The notes beneath the pieces were generated by a model. The model ran no database searches. It had not been told where the DNA came from and saw only the letters and a list, made by a program, of their open reading frames with translations. This document shows positions 57,924 to 64,000 of a stretch of 64,000 nucleotides of DNA, piece after piece. The stretch is from contig CALZHC010000001.1 of NCBI GenBank assembly GCA_945787505.1, positions 4,971 to 68,970 of the forward strand. Reading direction: 5' to 3'. Made by a program: the position numbers and the translations under genes. The stretch's first letter is position 1. Each line of letters starts with the position of its first letter. This stretch comes from an uncultured Alistipes sp. GTDB lineage: Bacteria; Bacteroidota; Bacteroidia; Bacteroidales; UBA932.

Positions 57924-58814
57924 ATGGTATCTTTTATTTCTGTAAACTACAATGGTCTGGAGTTGACCAAAAAAATGATAAGTTCCATTATCACCAATGT
58001 TCGATCGTGTGATTTTGAGATAATCGTTGTCGACAACGGCTCTGCCACGAACGAAGCCGAAGTGCTTCAAAAGGAATTTCCGCAGATAATCTCAATCCGA
58101 AGTGAGCAGAATTTAGGATTTGCCGGCGGAAACAATTTGGCTCTGGATAAAGCCAACGGAGACCTGCTCTTTTTCATCAATAACGATACGGAGATCCTCG
58201 AAGACAACATCGACAAGCTGTGCAAGGTGATGGAAAAAGAACCGGCTGTAGGCATTATCTCCCCTAAAATCTGCTTCTATTCAGACAAATCCGTCATTCA
58301 GTATGCCGGTTACACTCCTATGCATGGCTTCAGGATGAAGAACGAGATGACAGGTTATGGAAAGAGGGACGACGGCTCATTCGACAAGCCAGGCCTGACA
58401 GCATTCCCTCACGGTGCTGCAATGATGGTACGCAGAGAGGCTCTTGAAGAGGTAGGACCGATGCCAGAACTCTATTTCCTCTATTACGAAGAGCTCGACT
58501 GGGCAATGATGTTTCTCCACAAGGGGTGGCTCATCTACTTCGAACCCGCCTGTACCATCTACCACAAGGATAGCATGACTACCAAGAGACACGGTCCTGT
58601 CTTCACCTACTACATGACACGCAGCCGTCTGATCTTTGCATCCAGAAACCTCAAGGGAAGTCAAAGAAGAAAGGCAATTCTCTTCACAAGATATATCTCA
58701 TCTTCCAAATCTTGGGTAATCAACATGCTCCACGGACGTTTCAAATCTGCCGGGGCAGTTATCAGAGCTAACGCCGATTTCATCAGAATGAAAAGGAGGG
58801 GTGAAGTGTCATGA
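57924..58814 (+). CDS. Glycosyltransferase family 2 (soluble, rhamnosyltransferase-like)
   Basis: 296 aa. SFISVNYNG...IIVVDNGS...NLGFAGGNN...FINNDTE (DxD-type). Confidence 0.85.
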   Translation: MVSFISVNYNGLELTKKMISSIITNVRSCDFEIIVVDNGSATNEAEVLQKEFPQIISIRSEQNLGFAGGNNLALDKANGDLLFFINNDTEILEDNIDKLCKVMEKEPAVGIISPKICFYSDKSVIQYAGYTPMHGFRMKNEMTGYGKRDDGSFDKPGLTAFPHGAAMMVRREALEEVGPMPELYFLYYEELDWAMMFLHKGWLIYFEPACTIYHKDSMTTKRHGPVFTYYMTRSRLIFASRNLKGSQRRKAILFTRYISSSKSWVINMLHGRFKSAGAVIRANADFIRMKRRGEVS

Positions 58815-59950
58815 TCATAGTCCATATCATACTCATTCTGCTGCTTGTCTTTCCTGCTGCATATTACTTCTTTTTCGCAGTGGCCGCGCTCATGTACCGA
58901 AGCACAAGAGAGTCTTCTACAGAGAAAAGTTCCTTCTGCATAATGATTCCTGCGTACAAGAGCGATGCCTTTATCTTAGATACCGTGAAGGCTGCCATGA
59001 ATCAGGATTATCCTACGGAGAAGTTTCGCATATTGGTAATATCTGACAACATGTCCCTACACACTGACGAGCTGCTCCGTTCTGAAGGGGCGATGGTCCT
59101 TAAAGTCAGTTTTACCAACAGCACCAAGGCAGCATCACTTTGCGCCGCTGCGAAATATCTCGGTCCTCAAGCAGTCGATTATACAGTCATACTGGACTCT
59201 GACAATATTGTAAGCCCCACCTTTCTGAGCGATATGAACGATATGCTCCGCGGCAGGAATACCGTAGTTCAGGGACACAGGTGCGCCAAAAACATCGACA
59301 CGCCCATTGCTGTGGCAGACGCCATATTCGAAGAGGTGAACAACAAAATCTTCAGGGCCGGACATTGTTCCGTAGGGCTCTCATCAGCTCTCATTGGTTC
59401 AGGAACCGCCATACCCTATGCGTGGTTTTATGAAAATGTCTCCAGACTGGCCACCTGTGGCGAAGACAAGGAGATGGAGCTGATGCTCCTGAAGGATGGT
59501 CTGTTCGTCGAATATGCCGATCACATAGATATCCTCGACGAGAAGACCCGTTGCATAGAGAACCTGCGCCGACAGAGACTGCGCTGGATGACATCCCAAT
59601 ACTACCTGATAGGCAAGGCTCTTAGAGAGCTTCCCGATGCAAAGTTCAAAATCGGTTATGCGGACAAGCTCATCCAATGGACATTTCCTCCGAGGATTTT
59701 GCTTCTTACCATGCTGCCGTTGATTGCAATTATCTATGCAGTGGCAGGCTCCCCTCTTATGTCTCTCTTTATCGGGGGAACAGTAATTCTCTATACTGCG
59801 ATTTTGCTCGAATTACCTAAATGGGTAACACTAAAACATATAGCATCTATAACCACCTATGTGCCCCGAATGCTCTGCGCCACCCTTAGGAACATCTTCG
59901 GCAAGAAAGGGAATAAGGACACTTTCATTCATACAGACCATCAACAATGA
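58811..59950 (+). CDS. Membrane-embedded GT2 with the processive-synthase signature Q(R/Q)xRW (PgaC/IcaA/cellulose-synthase-like)
   Basis: 379 aa. An N-terminal TM helix, a GT-A core (IMIPAYKSD, ILDSDN as DxD, CGEDKE as a TED-like base motif, RRQRLRWMTSQ as QxxRW), then 2-3 C-terminal TM helices. ATGA overlap with the upstream gene. Confidence 0.7.
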   Translation: MIIVHIILILLLVFPAAYYFFFAVAALMYRSTRESSTEKSSFCIMIPAYKSDAFILDTVKAAMNQDYPTEKFRILVISDNMSLHTDELLRSEGAMVLKVSFTNSTKAASLCAAAKYLGPQAVDYTVILDSDNIVSPTFLSDMNDMLRGRNTVVQGHRCAKNIDTPIAVADAIFEEVNNKIFRAGHCSVGLSSALIGSGTAIPYAWFYENVSRLATCGEDKEMELMLLKDGLFVEYADHIDILDEKTRCIENLRRQRLRWMTSQYYLIGKALRELPDAKFKIGYADKLIQWTFPPRILLLTMLPLIAIIYAVAGSPLMSLFIGGTVILYTAILLELPKWVTLKHIASITTYVPRMLCATLRNIFGKKGNKDTFIHTDHQQ

Positions 59951-61047
59951 GAATAGCAATAGAAGCACAGCGCATTTTCAGACGCAGCAAACACGGAATG
60001 GATTTCGTGGCTCTGGAGATAATACGCTCTCTCCAGAGAATTGACAAGACTAACGAGTATTGGATATTTGTGGCTCCCGGGGAGGATGTCTGCCTTAGCG
60101 AAAGTGAAAATTTTCATATCGAGGTACTTGGAAGCGGGTTCTATCCCCTTTGGGAACAGATTCTCCTTCCTGCAGCTGTAAAGAGGGTGAAGGCAGATCT
60201 GTTGCACTGTACCAGCAACACAGCCCCGCTCTTTGCAGGCGTTCCTCTGGTCCTGACACTCCATGATGTGATTTGTTTGGAAAAACAGAAAAACGGTTCC
60301 AGCAAATCACTCTATCAGAGGATGGGACGCATCTACAGTCGTTTTGTCATTCCAAAGATTGTCAATAAATGCAAGAAGATAATCACTGTCTCACAATACG
60401 AAAAGGGGATTATTGACTCAAGATTGAAACTTCCTCAAGAGAGAGTCACCGTAGTATACAACGGTTTTGGCAAGGAGTTCAACCTGAGTGCTGCCTCCCC
60501 TGAGAGGAACTACCTGCTGTTTCTGGGTGCTACAGCCCCTAAGAAAAATACCGCAGGGACACTTCTGGCATACTCGCTCTATCTGGAGAGGTCTTCGAGA
60601 AAACTTCCTCTCAAGGTAGCAGACCTGAGCCGCGAAAATATGCTTGAATACCTCAACGAAATCGGTAAACCGGAGATTGCAGACAAAATCGAGTGTACGG
60701 GATATGTGCCCCACTCAGCGCTTCCAGCCCTCTACGGTGGTGCATCTATATTCTTATACACCTCTTTCAGAGAGAGCTTTGGCATTCCACAACTCGAAGC
60801 GATGGGCTGTATGACCCCGGTCATCGTTTCTGACAAGTCGGCTCTTCCTGAAATCGCAGGACCCGGTGCCGTTTACGCAGACCCTTACAAGCCTGAAACC
60901 ATCGCCTCCGCAATGCTCAGGCTGGAGAATGACAACGACTACAGAGATGCAGCTGTCAAGTACGGGGAAGAAAGAATAAAGATGTTCTCTTGGGAAAAAG
61001 CTGCAAATGAAGTACTCTCCATATATGAATCACTGAAAAACAATTAA
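59947..61047 (+). CDS. Glycosyltransferase family 4 (GT-B, group 1)
   Basis: 366 aa. The C-terminal ESFGIPQLEAMGCMTPVIVSDKSALPEI carries the E-x7-E motif of GT4 enzymes. ATGA overlap with the upstream gene. Confidence 0.85.
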   Translation: MRIAIEAQRIFRRSKHGMDFVALEIIRSLQRIDKTNEYWIFVAPGEDVCLSESENFHIEVLGSGFYPLWEQILLPAAVKRVKADLLHCTSNTAPLFAGVPLVLTLHDVICLEKQKNGSSKSLYQRMGRIYSRFVIPKIVNKCKKIITVSQYEKGIIDSRLKLPQERVTVVYNGFGKEFNLSAASPERNYLLFLGATAPKKNTAGTLLAYSLYLERSSRKLPLKVADLSRENMLEYLNEIGKPEIADKIECTGYVPHSALPALYGGASIFLYTSFRESFGIPQLEAMGCMTPVIVSDKSALPEIAGPGAVYADPYKPETIASAMLRLENDNDYRDAAVKYGEERIKMFSWEKAANEVLSIYESLKNN

Positions 61048-61049
61048 TT

Positions 61050-61667
61050 ATGGCAGATCTTAAAAACCTCAAGTATACACACCCACGTCTGAAGAAGTTC
61101 ATTGTCTTTACACTCTCTTCCATGAAACACCCCAGACCGCGTCTTTGGACCAGACTCTTTGTAAATCCTCTTGTCCATAAAAGGGGCAGAGGCTCCAAGG
61201 TGTGCTGCAAGGCAAGGCTGGATCTCTTTCCATGGAGAAAGTTTGTACTTGGCAAATGGGCTATTATCGAGGACTTTGCAGTAGTTAACAACGGTGCAGG
61301 TGACCTTATTATCGGAGAAAAATCGCGCATTGGTATCGGCAGTGTAGTGGTAGGACCTGTGGAAATAGGCAGGAGTACCTCGCTGGGACCTCATGTCCAC
61401 ATTACCGGTTTCAACCACACATTCGAAGATGGAGAGAGAGACTGGAACGAACAGGGACTTACATTGAGACCTGTAAAGATCGGAGACGAGTGCCTCATCG
61501 GTGCCAACTCGTGTGTCTGTGCAGGTGTGACAATTGGCAACAGAGTTCAGGTGGGTGCAGGAAGTGTCGTGACCAAGGACCTGCCGGATGCATGTGTGGC
61601 AGTGGGCAACCCTGCAAGGGTAATAAAGCTATACAACCCCGAAACCAAAAAATGGGAACGCGTATGA
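61050..61667 (+). CDS. Left-handed beta-helix (hexapeptide-repeat) O-acetyltransferase
   Basis: 205 aa. Hexapeptide repeats IGEKSRIGIGSVVVGPVEIG...IGDECLIGANSCVCAGVTIGNRVQVGAGSVV, and a C-terminal GNPARVIK typical of WcaF/Maa-like acetyltransferases. Confidence 0.85.
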   Translation: MADLKNLKYTHPRLKKFIVFTLSSMKHPRPRLWTRLFVNPLVHKRGRGSKVCCKARLDLFPWRKFVLGKWAIIEDFAVVNNGAGDLIIGEKSRIGIGSVVVGPVEIGRSTSLGPHVHITGFNHTFEDGERDWNEQGLTLRPVKIGDECLIGANSCVCAGVTIGNRVQVGAGSVVTKDLPDACVAVGNPARVIKLYNPETKKWERV

Positions 61668-62770
61668 AACTTCTATTTCTGGTTTTCCATAGCCTTGTTG
61701 CTCACAGCGGTATCTCTAAAAAGATCTATGCTCAGTGCTCAGCTCTAAAAGAGAACGGAGTGGATGTATCGCTATGCACTCTCGAAATTGCCCCTGACGG
61801 CACCAAATACAGAACCGTAGATTCCATCCCAATCTGCAGTTTCGGCAGCGGCTTGAAGGCCAAACTGCGCAAGAGAATCGACTACTCGGATATCGTAAAG
61901 CATGCAGTTGAAGGCAGATATGATGCAGTTTACATACGTTACGACTTCAACTCAGACCCCTTTACTATCAGAATGATGGATAGTCTGAAGAGAAACGGGA
62001 TAAAGAGTGTCGTAGAGATTCCGACATATCCGTACGATGCCGAGTTCAAGGGACAAGGAGTGATGATGAACACTACCCTGCTGGTAGACAAGATCTTCAG
62101 AAAGAGATTCTTCAGCTTATGTGACCACATCGTACTCTACAGCGGTCCTGACAAGCTTTACGGCAGGCCGGTTATCCACATCAGCAACGGTATAGATTTC
62201 AGCTGCGTGCCCCTCTCCTGCCCTCAAACAGATTTTACAGGCAAGCTCAGGATGGTCTCAGTAGCCAATATCCATAACTGGCACGGACTCGACAGGCTTA
62301 TCAAGGGCATGGCGCTGCATAGCGATGTACCCTGCGAACTTCATATCATAGGGGACGGAATACCACAAATCATTGACAGCTACCGTGAAATGGCAAGAGA
62401 ATACGGAATAGGCGACCGTGTGAAGATTCTCGGGCCTATGTATGGTGAATCACTCGACAAGGAGTTCGAATGGGCAAATATCGCAGTAGGAAGTCTGGCA
62501 CGCCACCGCAGCGGCATCACATCTATCAAGACACTCAAGAACCGCGAATACGCTGCACGCGGACTTTCGTTCTTCTACTCCGAGCAGGACGACGATTTCG
62601 ACAGTGCACCATACGTTTTCAAGGTACCTGCTGACGAATCTGCAATAGATGTTGGTAAAGTGGCGGAATTTCTCTCCGGAATGAATCTTCCGGGCAGCAG
62701 CATCAGAGAATCCATTATGCACCTGAGCTGGAACGCCCAGATGGCAAAAGTGATTGAACAGACCTCTTGA
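61664..62770 (+). CDS. Glycosyltransferase (GT-B fold, GT4-like), last gene of the plus-strand operon
   Basis: 368 aa from ATG 61664 (MKLLFLVFHSL), which forms an ATGA overlap with the acetyltransferase stop. The track's longer ORF from 61490 is only an upstream extension inside the acetyltransferase gene. The GT-B call rests on layout (N-terminal MKLLFLV..., central HIIGDG...) and is weaker than for the other GTs. Confidence 0.6.
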   Translation: MKLLFLVFHSLVAHSGISKKIYAQCSALKENGVDVSLCTLEIAPDGTKYRTVDSIPICSFGSGLKAKLRKRIDYSDIVKHAVEGRYDAVYIRYDFNSDPFTIRMMDSLKRNGIKSVVEIPTYPYDAEFKGQGVMMNTTLLVDKIFRKRFFSLCDHIVLYSGPDKLYGRPVIHISNGIDFSCVPLSCPQTDFTGKLRMVSVANIHNWHGLDRLIKGMALHSDVPCELHIIGDGIPQIIDSYREMAREYGIGDRVKILGPMYGESLDKEFEWANIAVGSLARHRSGITSIKTLKNREYAARGLSFFYSEQDDDFDSAPYVFKVPADESAIDVGKVAEFLSGMNLPGSSIRESIMHLSWNAQMAKVIEQTS

Positions 62771-63671
62771 ATAGCATCGAAACAAAAGGTCTTAGCTTGA
62801 GAGCATACGGGTATCGCGCTACAATCCTTCGCGCAGCCCTGATTCTGGACGCCAAAGGGAGGTTCCAGGAGTTGTACATGACAGAATGTACAAACGCCTT
62901 AGAAAGTTCTCTGACCAGTTTCTCTCTTTGTCCTGTAGTAGAGAGAGGCTCTATTAGCTCAAGTGTCTTCAGATAACCCTCCAGATTTCTTTCGGAAAAA
63001 GAGAGAGTCATTACTGAATTTTCCCTTACCCTTCTGCGGTAGAACTCTTCCGGTATCCCGGAAACTCTAGTTGCATTGGCATATGCTATTGCCGAAAAAA
63101 ATTCATCCTCATGAAGTATTCCAACGGGGAAGTTTATCCCGTTCTCTCTCAAAAAATCGCGACGGAAAAGCGACATGCAAACAGAGCAGCGGTATATTCC
63201 CCTTCCAAGCATATCCAGAGCGACACTGCAGCCGTCACTCACATCTTCATAAAGTGCAGCCCTATGATAATCGAACCATGTGTGGGAGGAAGCGACTTCC
63301 ACACCGTCCCCGAACGATAGTGCATCGAAAAATACAAAATCCAGACTGTCCCTTCTACACCTGTCGACACACTTCTTCAAGGTATCCCTCTCAATCAGAT
63401 CGTCACTGTCCATAAAATAGACAAACTCACCGTTGGCAATCCTAAGGGCATCATTACGTGCCGCTCCCTGTCCTTCATTCTTCTTGGAGATGAGCCTTAT
63501 CTTATTTCCGAACCCTTTGAGAACCTGCAGACTGCCATCTGTCGAGCCGTCATCCACCACGATAACCTCCACACTATCGAGACTTTGGTCCAGAACACTG
63601 TTAATTGCATCCGCCACATACTTTTCAGTATTGTAGACAGGTATTATTACAGAGACATCATACTTAAACAT
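62715..63671 (-). CDS. Glycosyltransferase family 2
   Basis: 318 aa. VSVIIPVYNTEKY...VEVIVVDDGSTDGS...YFMDSDD (DxD). Convergent with the plus-strand operon, overlapping its last gene by 56 nt. Confidence 0.88.
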   Translation of the reverse strand: MFKYDVSVIIPVYNTEKYVADAINSVLDQSLDSVEVIVVDDGSTDGSLQVLKGFGNKIRLISKKNEGQGAARNDALRIANGEFVYFMDSDDLIERDTLKKCVDRCRRDSLDFVFFDALSFGDGVEVASSHTWFDYHRAALYEDVSDGCSVALDMLGRGIYRCSVCMSLFRRDFLRENGINFPVGILHEDEFFSAIAYANATRVSGIPEEFYRRRVRENSVMTLSFSERNLEGYLKTLELIEPLSTTGQREKLVRELSKAFVHSVMYNSWNLPLASRIRAARRIVARYPYALKLRPFVSMLFKRSVQSLLPSGRSSSGA

Positions 63672-63678
63672 CGTGCTC

Positions 63679-64000
63679 TTATATATTTTTAATTACAAAT
63701 GACGAAACCACCATCTTGTGGTCACTGATTTCATCATCAACGATATGGCTGCTAATACACTCAAGATCATCGTTATAAAAAATATAGTCTATCCGGAACA
63801 GATCATACAGGTAGCGGTATGTGGAGCCATTTCCCTTACCCTTGCTGAGGAAACTATCTTTCAGCGAGGCGGATAACATCTTCCTGTACGGGAAACTGCC
63901 TGGAACGCTATTGAAGTCACCCATAACGAGCAACGGAGTCCTTACATAGCCTATCTTTTCTGATAGCGATACCGCCTGGTTCCTCCTGATTTCACTATTT
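63679..64000 (-). CDS. Endonuclease/exonuclease/phosphatase (EEP)-family protein, C-terminal part (5' end outside the window)
   Basis: The reading frame stays open upstream of the track's TTG start all the way to base 64000 (my translation: ...NSEIRRNQAVSLSEKIGYVRTPLLVMGDFNSVP...). GDFN and the C-terminal SDH are EEP-family motifs. Confidence 0.7.
   Translation of the reverse strand, partial: NSEIRRNQAVSLSEKIGYVRTPLLVMGDFNSVPGSFPYRKMLSASLKDSFLSKGKGNGSTYRYLYDLFRIDYIFYNDDLECISSHIVDDEISDHKMVVSSFVIKNI

Noticed and set aside
61490-61663. 5' extension of the last glycosyltransferase ORF (the track gives 61490-62770, 426 aa)
   Set aside because: The extension lies wholly inside the acetyltransferase gene in another frame and translates to Cys/Arg/Gln-rich nonsense. 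The ATG at 61664 forms the ATGA stop-start overlap seen elsewhere in the operon and begins a sensible MKLLFLVFHSL N-terminus.
1-64000. Mobile elements, prophage, CRISPR arrays, toxin-antitoxin or recognisable anti-phage defence genes
   Set aside because: I scanned all ORFs of 60 aa or more and the intergenic regions. I found no transposase, integrase, Cas, restriction-modification or abortive-infection-like proteins, no direct-repeat/spacer arrays, and no terminal inverted repeats. The tRNA-Thr has no adjacent integrase or duplicated 3' half.

Overview
Dense chromosomal segment with the hallmarks of a Bacteroidales (Bacteroidota) genome: a Bacteroidetes-type RpoD, TAnnTTTG -7 promoter boxes 14-32 nt upstream of gene starts, many SpII lipoproteins, and frequent 4-nt ATGA gene overlaps. 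I call 48 protein-coding genes (2 cut by the window edges), one tRNA-Thr(CGT), five intrinsic terminators and several promoter boxes. I saw no rRNA, CRISPR array, transposase, integrase or prophage genes. Bases 1-47100 are mostly core housekeeping: pyrC, tex, ClC channel, ygiQ, argS, dcp, rpoD, HtrA, dnaN, prfA, ettA, uvrA, a RelA-type RSH and uvrB. Accessory genes interrupt this region: an IdeS/Mac-like (C66) cysteine protease lipoprotein, three tandem paralogous Fn3-containing lipoproteins of unknown function that are each separate transcription units, an AmgK-like kinase fused to a RapZ C-terminal domain, and an orphan GH33 sialidase. Bases 47156-63671 hold the most unusual content. A translationally coupled sensor histidine kinase and its paralogous pseudokinase (phospho-acceptor His replaced by Pro, ATP-binding G-boxes lost) are transcribed divergently from an 11-gene operon. 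That operon opens with two output-less receiver proteins, one canonical and one with a DD to DK acidic-pocket change, joined across a G9 homopolymer. It continues directly into polysaccharide machinery: initiating phosphoglycosyl transferase, a half-size TolC-like protein, a Wzc-like protein with a degenerate kinase domain and no Tyr tail, a Wzy-like polymerase, a QxxRW synthase-like GT2, further GTs and an acetyltransferase. I propose this as a candidate phosphorelay-gated exopolysaccharide system without a DNA-binding output. All functional calls rest on motif recognition by eye and need HMM or structure searches to confirm.
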